Of a DNA stretch of 64,000 bases, positions 46,775 through 59,304 are shown one piece after another; position 1 is the stretch's first letter; every line of letters begins with the position of its first letter. The notes below the pieces were generated by a model that saw only the letters and a list, made by a program, of their open reading frames with translations, was not told the origin of the DNA and did no database searches. The stretch is taken from positions 62,001 through 126,000 of the forward strand of contig CDMY01000220.1 in NCBI GenBank assembly GCA_001179505.1, read 5' to 3'. This DNA is from Vitrella brassicaformis CCMP3155. Lineage: Eukaryota > Protista > Chromerida. Both the position numbers and the translations under genes were made by a program.

Positions 46775-49700
46775 TCAGCGATTGTTGGTTGCGTCCCTTG
46801 CAGCCTCGATGGCTTCCCACAGCACCCCAACCATCCACCTCAGCCTGCCCTCCCGGGTCTGCCCCTCCTCCCTGTACACACGACCCTCCTCTATACACAC
46901 CTCCTCACACACACCTTCTCCTGACGCACCAACACCAACGGCACACTCAACCGCATGCCGTCTCACTCGCCGCTTGCTGCCCTTCCGTCTTCCGATTGTG
47001 CACATTGACCCATAGCCGTCATGCAGGCGACTCGGCGACCGGCCCTCCAGCGATGCCGACCGGCCCTCGCGCCGGGCGCCTGTGGATGTGTGTTGTGAGA
47101 GGGGGGAGGGGGGTGGTGGGGGGTGGGGCAGGCTGCTGACCTTGCCGAGGCTGGGGGACCGCACGGGCGACGTGCGGGACGGCGAACGGGTGTAGGGGAA
47201 GAAATCTGGTGGGCTGCGAGACCCCGGCTGGACCGGCGGAGACGGGCAGCGCACGCACCGGTCGGCCAGGTCATCCTGCATTGGATCGACGAATCCACAC
47301 ACAAGGAACACACTGGTCAGTCAAGGACACTGGTCGGCTGTGTTCCCAGACTGACTGACCAGTAGGTCCCAGAATCGCCATAGCGGGACTCCCCTGCCCT
47401 TGATGGGCATGGTGACCTCCGGCTGCGGGTGCGTTGCCGCCTCGTCCGTGTGGCGGTACCACAGCCCCTCCAGCTCATACCCCAGCCAACCTCTCTCCTC
47501 TAATCGACCCACGCGACACAGCCGGCGCCAGGCAGACCACGACAGCACGTCGGCGGGGGGCGGGGCCGCCCACATGAACAGCTGGCGGGCCTTGTCCAGC
47601 AGCAAGAGGGAGTCGAACATGGGGTCCGGCAGCAGCTGCTGCCACACGCCGTCGCTCATGTCCCGCTGAAGGGGGTCGAGTGCGGCCTGCGATGACGCGC
47701 CGCTGCTGCACGATGCTGCTGCTGCTGCTGCCGCTGTGTCCTTGCGCTTCTTCCGCTTGGCCCCTGTGGTGGGCGGCATGCTCTTGCCCCTGCTGACATC
47801 AATGACGGGCAGCGGCACCGTGGGCAGGTCACCGAAGGCACCCGATCCCGCTCGCCCGGCTGGTGGCTGTGGCTGAGAGTCCCGTCTGATTGCTGTAGGG
47901 TCGGGGTCGGCCCGCAGCCGCAGCACCGCATGTGGGGGGTTGCGCCGTCGCCTTGGTGGTTGCGTGGTGTGAGCGATGGACCTGGGCGAGACTGAGGAAG
48001 TGCCGCCCCCGAGGTGCGTGCTGGCGGTGGGTGAGGCCGAGGGGTCGCGGGAGAGGGGCGCAGCGAAGGTGGAAGTGGGCGAGGACTCTCCGTCTGTCTG
48101 GTCGGTGGTGCTGAGAGTGTCGCCGCGGGGGAGGGGGAGGGCGAGAGGGGGGGCGGGGGGCGTGGCAGCTGGGTCGCTGTCGTCATCCTGACGATCACGT
48201 TTGCCTGGGCTGTTTGGCAAGTCCATCAGGTCGGTGCAGGACCGCCGCCTGCGTGGGATTCATGCGGATGGACAGAAGCATGGGGGTGGGGGGGTTGCGG
48301 GGTGAATGTGGGGGGGTAAGTGGGTCGGTGGCTCACTTGACGGTCCGTTTGCCGCCCAAAAGCTGGTAGGAGAGCCTCAGTGCCTCGGTGACGAGGGGCT
48401 CCTTCACATAACGATCCAGCGCACTGCACGGACAGAGTGGAGGGGCATAGAAACAAACACGTGGTCTGTGTGTGTGTATGCGCCCACAGCCACCCCACCT
48501 GTCGACAGCCATGGTGTTGCCGTCTCCATCTCGCTTCTGGAAGTCGATGCGCAGCGATGGGTTCGAGTTGACCTCCAGCAGCCACGGCCGGCCGCCCTCG
48601 TCCATCAAGATGTCAATACCCAACACCTACGCCCACACACACACACACAGAACACACACAGCCCTGTAGACGTTCCATCGGCCTATATAGTGCATATACG
48701 CACCTGGAAGCACCTCCACGGCACATTGGCGTGTGACGAGCAGCCCCTTGTGTCGGTGCGGTGTGGCTCTATCAGCCTGGCGAATGTGGCGCCCGATGAG
48801 TGGGCGGCCAGCTGGGTGCTGGACTGCACACACGCCAGCTTGTGCGCTAGCAGCGGCTGCAGGCATATCAGCGTCTGTGCGTGGGGGTGGGGCGAAGGCA
48901 CAAACAACAGGCGTCATCGGGAGGTGTTTCGCTTGGGTGCGCCCGTGTGTGTGTGTGGTGTGTGTGACCTTTGCGGCGATGAGTTTGATCTCATGCCATA
49001 GGCGACGGACGTCCACACCCACTCCTGCACACCAGCGCGCACGAACATGGAGATGGCAGACGAGTTGACACACCGTATGGCGACGCCGCTCACCGTGTAG
49101 CTGTTTGAGCACGTCCTCGAGGAGCCGCTTGCTGCTGCTCGAATCGTGCAGGTCTGACACATTCATGGTGGACAGGACAGGTGTGTGCATTTGTGTTGTG
49201 TATATGTCTATAGACCCACCAACACACTCACCACCCACCTGATGCATCTGGAAGGACGAAGGCGGCGTCATTGTCCTTGTTCAGGTTGAAGTTGGCTGCA
49301 TCAACAACAAACAGCACGGTGCGGTGAGCTGCGCAATGCGGTGGGTGTGGTGTACATGTGTGTGTGTGTGTGTGAGTGTGGCTGACTGACTGAAGTGCAT
49401 GTAGACAGAGCTGAAGTTCTTGCGCGTCGGCCGCTGGTAATCCTCCGTGCAAAACCTGCATATACGGCACACACCATTGCACACACCATGGACACACGAG
49501 TGCACTGCACCTGTCCGTGTGTCGTGTGTGTACCTTACCTTGCCAGGCCGTGTCTGGCGATGTACGCCCTGGGTGTGGGCAGCAGGCCGGTCACCAACAC
49601 GAAGATGCGGAAGTCAAACTTGCGACTGAACAGCAACACAAGAGAGGGAGGGAGGGAAGGGCAATAAGCTACTAGTATATGTGTGTGTGTTTGTGTGCAT

Positions 49701-51323
49701 GTACGCCACGGCTATCTGTCCCGCCCACTGACTGACTGACTTGTTGAGCAGGTAAGGGTCCTCCAGGTACCGCTGCACGATGTAGTGACCTGCACACACA
49801 CAGCCGACCGCCCAGCGATGGATGGATGCAGTGATGACATGACATGCAACCCACACGAGCCGAGCCACGGTGCTGGCAGTGTGCCTTCCTTCTGCCTACC
49901 TGATCCCGAGAGTATCGACGTGCCCAGGTCACTCGGCCTTTGATTTGATGCCATGGATGGATGGACCACACACTTCAGTGCATGCAGCAAGACGTGTCCA
50001 GGTTGGGTTGTTCACCTGTTGATGAGTTTGAGTCCCTGCCCCTGGAAGCCCCCGTCAGGCTTGATGATGAACGTCTGACGCCGCTCCGACGAACGCAGGC
50101 CGTCCAACACATCCTCTGCATGATGCATGTCCAAAACACACACATACATAGCGAGATCCCCGTCCTTGTGTGTGCGATGGACGCAAGGGACCTTTTTCCT
50201 CCGGCAGTATCCACGTCTGTGGGAGGAAGTCAAAGGCATCGGGGAAGTACTGAGCCTGCAGACGCATCATCGCCGCCAAACACCTACCATCCATCCATCA
50301 ACGAGGCACACGCATTCCAACACACTCACTCACGCACAAGTTGGCACGTGCGTGTGTGGTGTGTGTGCGTGTGTGGTGTATGCGCACCGTTTGCGTACGA
50401 TCTCCTGCAGCCCTGGGAAGCGGTTGACGAGCACGGGCGGCTTGGTGGAGCTGCTGGCCAGGCTGCTGCTCCAATAGGGACTAAACATCGACGACGCGTC
50501 ACGACCGAAGCGACGATATTCTACACCACATGCAGAGACCAGCATTAATGCATCCGATGGTGAGTGGGTGGCATATATATATATATATATATGTTGATGG
50601 CTCACTCACTGACTCACTCACCCTGGTCTCCCACAGCGAGGCCTAGCCAGAAGACGTCCCCCACGTTGTGCTGCAGAGTCTCCAGACCCCAACCCAACGT
50701 TGACGTGCACAACGACAGCAACTCATACTGAGGACAAACAGACACAAGAAAGAACACACAGCCGAGTTCTGCTCATCATCAATCATTGCTCTTCGTCCCT
50801 GTCTTGCCAGGCTTGTCTTGCCCACCTCAGTCCGGGCATGCCTCGTATTCAACGTGACGCTCACTCGACGCCTCCCACCCCTTCCCCTCCCTCCCCCTCT
50901 GCCGCCCGCATTCGTCGACCTCCCTGCCGCATTGCGATTGCCGCCCTCCTGCTCATCATATCGACCAGCATGGCGAGTCCTCCCAGGCCGTCCGCCCCCG
51001 TTGTCTGCCGGCAGTGCAGGTGCGGCGAGGCCAAGGGTGCTCTGCAGGCCCTGCCAGAGCTGCAGCGGGTCCGGGCTGCACACCCGATGAATGTCCTGGG
51101 AAGGCGGCCCCAGGGGCGGCAACACCAGGCCGCTTGGCTGCGATGCTGGAGGGCCTCCTGGCCGCCGGGGAGCCTGAACGGCCAAACGGGAAGACACAGA
51201 AGCACTCACTCACTGCAAATACATACGTGTTTGGTGTTTGTGCTGGTGTTTGCTTCTCTTTGTAGGCACCTTTTTGACAACTGGTCTTCGTAGTTGAGTC
51301 GTCCCGTCCCTGGGCTCCTGCAT
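46775..51323 (-). CDS. Tubulin-tyrosine ligase-like (TTLL) polyglutamylase, most similar in style to TTLL11/TTLL6 types
   Basis: VNRFPGLQEIVRK, FDFLPQTWILP, TFIIKPDGGFQGQGLKLI, IVQRYLEDPYLL..RKFDFRIFVLV, RFCTEDY, GIDILMDEGGRPWLLEVNSNPSL. Inferred first exon MQEPRDGTTQLRRPVVKK starts at 51323. Confidence 0.9.
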
Positions 51324-51344
51324 TCCCTCTTTCCTCTCTTCGTC

Positions 51345-51378
51345 GCGAGCTTAAGCTCGCAGGGCAGACCAGCTCGCA
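51345..51378 (-). promoter_or_regulatory. Two TGCGAGCT copies, one within a 16-bp palindrome, in the TTLL/DMT divergent promoter
   Basis: AGCTCGCA at 51354-51361 and 51371-51378. GCGAGCTTAAGCTCGC (51345-51360) is a perfect palindrome. Confidence 0.45.
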
Positions 51379-51500
51379 AGTGAACGATTTCGAAAACGCG
51401 GAGCTCTGACCTGCGCGTGCCTCACAAGGACAAGGACAGCGCTGATAGTGGTGGATCCATCCATTGAGTCATTGAGTGATCGATTCCAGCTAGCGTCGTC

Positions 51501-52348
51501 ATGTGGCGGCACGTCGACCCCAGATCCCTGGCATGGAGTTTCTTCGCCATGCTGTTCCTGGGCTTCTCGTACTTCATGCTCGGACTCACCAACGTGGCCG
51601 ACGAGCTGGACATTGAGCACCTATTCACCATATCGCTCGTGTGGATGTGGACAGGTGAGGCAGAGGGGAGGGGAGGGGAGGGGAGAGCAGCCAATACTGC
51701 CACACCACACCGGGGTGACACAGCAAGTCAAAGCATTAATCCATCCATCTCTTCTGTGTGTCTGGTGTCTGGGTTGACCGCAGGCATCGTCGGCCTGCTG
51801 GCGGCCTTGTACTTCTGGATGACAGTGGGCACCATGTGGATAGCCAGCAGAGGTCTGGAGATCAAGTTCCCGCCCTCGGACGGGTCCCCCCAGCACGCAC
51901 CCACAGACATCATCGTCGCCCCTCCCCCCTTCCAGCAACACGCATCCGTCAGCGCCTCTCCCGTCCCCCCCATCCACCACGCAGACACCATCGGCGGCAC
52001 CATCGACGAAGAGAACGACCGCTACCTGCCCCAGCCGCCAGGCAACGGCTACGTCCCCTTATCAGGGGAGCCTCCCCCGTCACCGCCTCCCTCCATCGCG
52101 AGTGTGAGTGCATCTGTGAGCGGCTCCCGTGCAGGCGCTGACGAGAGGGAGGGGATGTCGGGCGGTGCCGGGTCGTCGACGCGTCCGCTGGCGCCGCCGC
52201 CTGACCTGAGCATGACTGGTGCGACGCCGACGCTGCAGGTGGCCTATCGGAGGAGAGGGCGGCTCAGACGGACATGCCGCAAGATCATGATCATTATCAT
52301 GACGGGATTGGGAGGTGAGGGAGGGAGGGAGACGCAGACCAAGAGCTG

Positions 52349-52383
<35 letters not shown>

Positions 52384-55028
52384 GAGGAGCATTCGTCTGC
52401 TGTGCTGTGCTGTGCTGCGTGCAGGTGTGTTTTTGGGTTTTGCCCAGCTGTCGCTCAAGCTGGGGTTCGAGAAAGACCCGCCAGCCATGGGGCCGTTCAG
52501 CGCCGTAAGCAAAGCACCGAGCAACACGCGCCCCGTCCATCCATCCATCCATCCATCCATGTGTGTGTGTGTTCCATTCCTTCCTCACTCAGATAACGTC
52601 AGCGGATGTGGTGTTCGTGACGTGTTTCTTCCACTGCACGATTGGCGACCGGCTGACCAGGATAGACCTGCCCGCCTTTGTGGCCGTCCTGGCGGGGCTC
52701 TGCACCATGGCCTTGGCTGACCCGAGACCCGAGCACCTGTATGGGCTGGCGTGGAGCTCCCTGGCGGCCCTGGGCATGGCCGTCAGCGTCATACTCATCC
52801 GATGGGGGGCCATGAACGGGGTATCGGCTTACTCGGGTGAGTCAGTCAATGGATGGGGCCTGGCCAGATTCAGATTCATTCATTGTCTGCGTGCGTGTGC
52901 ACAGGGTTTGTGATCCGCATGTTGTCTGAGGGCATTATGGGCATCTTGACACTCATCGCCGTGGTGAGCGAGTCAACAAGAGAGAGAATGGACGACGCCA
53001 CCACCACGCGGACAGTTTTGGTGTGTGTGCATATGCGTTGCTGCAGCTGTCGACAGGTTTCTCGGTGCCTGGTCATGGGTTTTTCGTGTGGACCCGGCTG
53101 GTCATATTTCCCAGCGCATGCGGCATCTTCCAGGCCATCGCCGTCTTCTGCGTCAACAAGGTCACACACAAGACAACACACACACACACATATGTATGCA
53201 TTCGGGCCAATCGCTGTCTGTCTGTCTGTCCAACAGGCCCTGATGTACCCCAAGCCCGGCATATCGACAGCACTTGTGGGCGCCAATCCCCTGGTGGTAT
53301 TCTTCTGCCAGCTGGGAGTGGGGCGTGAGTACCCCCGCACTGTCAACCTGGTCGGCATGCTCCTCGTGGTCGCGGGGTGCCTCGCACTCACACTATCTAG
53401 GTACATCTCTCTCACACACACCGAACAGTCACAATAGACACGACACCATGTTCGTTCTGCCTGTCTGTCTGTCTGTCTGTCGTCATGGCCCCAGGGCGTT
53501 TTCTGCGTCAGCTCGAGCGAGTGCGGGCAGCCCTGAGGGCCCTCACGGAGCCCGGCGGTCATCCAATGACGAGAATAACAGTGCCATGCCATCGCTGCAC
53601 CCCCACCCAGAGTCTGAGAGTGCGCGCGCCCCCCTCTTCCCCTTCAACAAGGCCAACGCGATGCGCAACCAAGTGGCGCTCGGCTTCGACAGCACTGGGC
53701 CGCATATGGACGACAGCCAGCGTGTGATTGCGGTGGGTCACGCGCAGAGCATTGCGTGGAGCAGCCGGGCGGGAAGTATCGACACGGTCACCACGATTGG
53801 GTATGGAAATCCTGCGGTGATGAATCCTCCTTCACATAGGTTGGTTAATGAGCAGCCAGGCAGACAGACGGGGGGCGGGTGGTGGCACCATGCATGGGGG
53901 AGGGACAAGGCAAGGCGACTGGCGTTTCGGCCCGACACGCTGCCCAGCATCATCAGCACGTCAGAGAGGCCCACTGCCAGCCAGGCCAGCGAGTCAGTGC
54001 GTGGCGACGGGGGGGACGACTCGACGACCCGACCTTTTGGCTCGCCTTGTCCGTGCCCCTTCCCCCCGTCTGCTGCCCTCGCCCCCCCTCCAAATTCCGA
54101 TGATCACTCTTACATGTACTGGCATTTGTCGCCCTACCCCAGGCAGGCAGCGCAGATCAGAGAGGGGAGGAGCAGCAGCAAGGGGTGGCGGAGGTGGATA
54201 GGCAGGATGTTCAGCTGGCCGCCGTCGCACGAGGGAGAGGGGGAGGGGGAGGGCGAAAGCGGCACTGACGATGACGGGAGCTCGCTTGTGTACGGTGTGG
54301 TGTACTCGCTGAGGAGGAGAGGCCAGACAGACGCACTCCCCAGCATGCATGTGCAGACAGACAGGCAGAGGCAGAGAGGAGTGAGCCTCACGCCCATGTC
54401 GACTCAGCAGCTGGGGGGCCGGCTGCCTCTCCTGCACGGCACCATGGCTGAGTCGATCCTACTACCCTGGCAATGAATTGAATGAATGCACCACCCACCG
54501 ATACATGTATCGACCTGCGCTCATATATACCTAAGCTGGCCGATTTTTATGGCAGTCTTTTCCTGGCTGGCCGGCCGGCTGACACAGAAGAGTATTTGTC
54601 TGTCGGGTGTATGATTTTGGTCAGTCAGCTGTGTGCCATCCATCCATCCATCCATCATGTGACATGTATGTGTGGGGGCATGTATGAGTGGGGCGGGCAG
54701 GGTGTGGTGTGCATCAGGGAGAAAGCTAGGAAGCCAGTGTGTATGTTCTCAGCCCAGCATACCCTCCCGTACGTCTGTCTGTCTGTTTTGCTGCTGTGTG
54801 TGTGGTTCGTGCAGACACAAGTGGACAGTGAGTGAGGTAGCACCAGCACAAGTGCCGTCAGCAGCAGCAGCGGCAGCAGCAGGAGGGAGCTTGGCAGCAG
54901 CACCCCCCATAGCCGTCCCCCAGAAGCAGAGCGAGCTGCCCGAAGACGTGCTACTCAACTGGCAGCTGCAGAGAGGCGTGTCGGCCGTGAGACGGTTGCC
55001 GTCCGTCGATGTGTGGGCATTCCAATAG
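51501..55028 (+). CDS. Drug/metabolite transporter (DMT/EamA-like) membrane protein with a large Pro-rich loop and long C-terminal tail
   Basis: About 10 hydrophobic helices in two halves, e.g. FAQLSLKLGFEKDPPAMGPFSAV, and ALMYPKPGISTALVGANPLVVFFCQL..REYPRTVNLVGMLLVVAGCLAL. The stop is either 54476 or, with one more intron, 55028. Confidence 0.7.
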
Positions 55029-55578
55029 CCAGTCAGTCAGGCCAGGCAGCTTTTTCCTCCCTCCCTCCCTGTATGCTTACTTGCTGACAAGGTAGGGCTA
55101 TGCGTGTACAGATGGCCACCATCGATCGTGTGACTAGCTAGCTCAGCTGACTGAGTGGTGCGTGCGTGACTAAGTAAGCGCTGTCCCTTTTTCGACAGGG
55201 CTGCGTTGGTGGCTCAGATCGACTTACTTGCTTCGTTCCTTCATACCCAAATGGACATACATACCCCCGCAGACGGAGAGACCTACCTTTGTGTGTTGTG
55301 TATGCAGGAAGCAACCAACCAGTCAATCATCCGTCAATCCACCCATCCACTCATCCAGAGCGTCACTGAATCATTCCGAACCCCAAGCAAGCAAACACCC
55401 TGGCATCAGTGATGAAGGACACGCTGTGACTTCATTGTCAGACCAGACAACAGGGTTAGTCTCTCTCTCAGGGTGTGGTGACAGCCCTCGTGTTGCCCCG
55501 CCTGACCCTCCTGCCCCCGCCCCCCCTTACTTACCCCTCACCCCTCACACCTCCACCCCCATCTCCCTCTGACGATAC

Positions 55579-58500
55579 TCACAGGCAGCCCACACAGTCA
55601 CAGCTGCACGGCACCTTAAGGGCCTTGTCTGTGGCTGTGGCTCCGAACTGGGGTGGGTCGGTCTTCAATTGTCTGTCTTTTGCGACGGTCGGCCTCTGCT
55701 GCGGCGGCTTGACGACGGTCGTGGTAGGCATGGCTGACGACACACGATAGTAGTATCTCGTTGGCGGCGCCACATAGGGCGTTGGATGGAACAAGGGCAC
55801 AGGTGAGACATAGGCCGTTGGCTGCGGGGCGGGGAAGGGACGGGACAGCACCTGCACCGGCCGCACGACTGAGGGCACGGCCGCAAGAGCCGGTAACGTA
55901 GGTGTGGTGGGTGTAGGTGTGGGTAGGTGCTGTCTTGTGTCTCCTGTCGTCTCTTTCTCTTGCTGCCCCACGGCAGGATGAGTCTCCAGGTCGACTTGGA
56001 TCAAGGGATTTGCCTCAAGAACGACGCGGCCGACGGCCGGCCCCCTGTAGTCACCTCGCCGCAGCGGCCATGACGACACACGACGCAGACGGACATCGCT
56101 GCACAAGACACACCACACACCACACGCCACAACATTTGCCCCTGTGTGTGTGTGTGTGTGTGTGAGTGCAGGTGGATCACCTGATGTCGATTGTGACACA
56201 TCCGATGCACTGCTCTCCCTCATGAAGAGCGTCCGACACGGCCCACAGGCAGCACACGAGCTGTGAGGGCACACCAGGCAGCGGCGCCCGCACGTTTGCC
56301 CGGAAAAAGGCCTCGTGCACCATCCCCAAACCCTGATACCCGCCGGGCTGCGCCACCTCCCGGCTGCTCGACCACCGGAACACCGCATTGGTGTCACCAC
56401 ACCCCTTGGCCTTGGCGAGGGCGCAGAGCAGCTCAAGAGTCACTTGGTAGACCGCCGACCGACCCAGGGGCGACATGACGTCTCGCACACTCTCCACATA
56501 GACATCCACGAAACGATCAGCCGTGGGGCCTGCTGCCGTGGCCGGCAGAGGTGAGAATGATGAAAGGGCATCCGGCAAGAGTGCCCCAGGCCAGTGGTGG
56601 GGCTGTGGTGTGAATGGGGAGCCGCCGTTGTGTGGGTCCGGAAAGATGAAGCACTGCGGTGGGCTGGCGTCGTCGAAGGAGAGGGCGAAGTGCTGGTCGA
56701 CCAGCGACTTCACTGAGGGAGAGGCATCTCGCCTGCAAGGAAGCAGGGAAATGAGTGGTCACGGAACAAGCTGGTCACCTCACCTACCTCAGTATTTGTG
56801 ATATCTGGCCGGCTTTTGCAAAGACCTCCCACAGAGACGGCAGAGGCTGGGTCGTATGCGCAAGGGCCGCCATCAGACAGCACGTCAAAAAGCCTGTAAG
56901 ACACACAACACACGACACATCCGACGCCTCAACTACACATGCGGGACTAGTGACGTGTACCAGTTTGTCTGTCGTCCATCTGCGCCTCGACGGGAGTCTC
57001 CCTCCCGGACGAGACGGCACTCACGCAGAAGATGGCGCCCCCGGCAGCTCTGTCCCGGGCCTCCTCACGCTGCTCTGCGGCACCCCCGCAGCCCCACCCA
57101 CCCCAGCTGTTGTATGGTGTCTTCGTGCGGCCGAATACCGACTGGAAGGCCACTTGACGGGGCCGCAGGCTGGTCGACACTGCAGGAGGGGGAGAGCCGT
57201 TGAGCGAACAATGTATTGCTGGTGGCGGTGGTGCCATGTGTGCGTACCGATGAGCTTGGTCGCTCTATTACTGCCCTTTCGCATGCGGAAATCCCATGAC
57301 AAGGGAACGCACGGGGCTGAATGGCATACAAGGGATAAAATGGAGGTTGACCTACTGATTTGATGTGCTGCTTACGCTTGCCGAATCTTCTCTGCATCTT
57401 GGCGTGTCTCTCGTCGCTGCCCTGTGTGCTGATGGTCACCTCAGCAGAAGAGAACGTGGCGGTGCAGCCACAGTCCAACACCGCCAACAGCTGGGCACCT
57501 GAGACATACATGCACCGAAACTGCGTGCGTCATGTTGTATGTATGTGTGGATGAGAGATGCCGCCTCACTCACTCATCGATGTGCTTAGGTACCTGGTGG
57601 TATGGATTTGTACGAGATGAGTTTGCGGATCTCGTGTGTGTAGATCAGCTGGGGGTAGCCGTGGATGTCGCGCTCACAATAGTCACACGGCAGCAACGCA
57701 GACTCCTGCACACAAGACCCGAGCCCAGCATAACAGCAAAGCTTCACACACGCACTTCTGGTTTCTTGCAGACTTACCCCTTGCTCTGGTCGTTTTGCGT
57801 CAGGCACTTGGGTCGAGCAGCCTGAAAGAACAAACAACGGGCGACGTGATGCGGACCAACAGATGGAACACTTTGTTGCCTGCCAATCGACCAACCCGCG
57901 AAAAACAAGACGAGAAGCTGCATTAAAGCGTTGACAGGCACACCATAGATGATGATTAAGACCTGCACAGGTCGTGTCTCCTGCTCTTGTGCTCACATCT
58001 CCGTGCAGACAGCCGTGCAGCAGCCACCGGATGCCCTCCTGCACCCATGTGTCATATCGCCCATCCATCGGACACATGTGGGTGTGTCTCTTTGCTTGTT
58101 GCACCCGGTCACGCGCACCAGAATGTTAGCCTTTGTGGGCCGCCTGCCGGCTCTGACAACGAATCCATCGTCGCTCTCGTCAGCCAGCACCCTGTGTACA
58201 CACATGACGTAGGTGTGTGCAGGGAGGAATGGATGGGTGGATGGATGGATGGGTCGTGCCGTGCCATGCCCACCGCACGTCAAAGTCGTATGTGATGCGC
58301 AGCACACGACTCCATCGCATGCAGTCGCTCACTGCACCCCCTGCAGCCATACACGTGCAACACACGACACAGACGTCAATTTCCCTCTCCCTCCCTCCAT
58401 CCCTCGCTTCCCATCTGCTTACCGAGCTGGAATGTGCTGCCGGCATAGTTGACGCCCACACACAGGGCCCTCCTTCTGTGCCACATCGGCTCCATCCACG

Positions 58501-59070
58501 GCCCCGGCACCCCACCCAAATCGCACCTCTCGCCGTATGGTGAGAAATTTCCACTCACGGCCGGCTGTGGGTATGCCCTGCCCCGATAAGACATCCCCTG
58601 TGCGTCATTACCAGGTGTGGTGTCCCGGAAGAGAGACTCCCACAAGCTGGTCAGCCAGCTCCCTTGCTGGGGCCCGCCGCGTTGGCGGGGCTGCTGCTGC
58701 TGTAAGGCTTGGGCTGGGGCAAAGGGGCTGTGCTTGCCAGTGAACATGTTGGTGAGAAGAGTGTCAAGGCGCCATGTGTCATCCTTTGACTGCAGACACA
58801 GCAAACACACCGACGGCTGACCCCAACTCGTGGGGAGGGGGGTGTCATACCTGTCCTGCAGCCTCCTCCAGGTGCTGTATCTCCACCTGCAAGCCGTCCA
58901 CAACCCTCTCTTTATCCCGAATCATGCCCTGCAAACACAGGGGCCCCATATCACTCTCTGGCTCTCGAAATCTCAAACTCTCTGGTTGTCATTGAGTGAT
59001 CACGACTCACCTGCAAGTTCCTGATGTGCTGCAGGTCGCCACGGTGGCCTTCCTGACGCGAAAAATCCAT
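55579..59070 (-). CDS. Metacaspase homologue with a substituted catalytic dyad (pseudo-metacaspase) and a C-terminal C2-like/Pro-rich extension
   Basis: RRRALCVGVNYAGSTFQLGGAVSDC, RPTKANI.EGIRWLL, LVLFFAGCSTQVPD (His site), ESALLPCDY and QLLAVLDCGCTAT (Cys site). ATG is inferred at 59070. Confidence 0.8.
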
Positions 59071-59084
59071 CGCTTGGAAACCAA

Positions 59085-59097
59085 AGCTTAGCTCGCA
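59085..59097 (-). promoter_or_regulatory. TGCGAGCTAAGCT candidate element upstream of the pseudo-metacaspase
   Basis: The 8-mer core is about 20 nt before ATG 59070. The 13-mer is identical to 25070-25082. Confidence 0.4.
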
Positions 59098-59304
59098 CAA
59101 AAAAACGGCCGATCGTCTTCGAGCTCGCGCGGATCCGGGACGGCTCTTTTCGGGTGCGAGGCCCTCGGGGTGTTCCGGGTGGACGGCTGTGGAGATGGGA
59201 AAATGATCAAGGAACGAAAGGGATACACCAACGCTCGTTTTGCCTGAGCTGACCCGGCAGCTTTCGTGTTTGCTTGATCCAGGGGCAGGGGGGAGGAGAT
59301 CATC

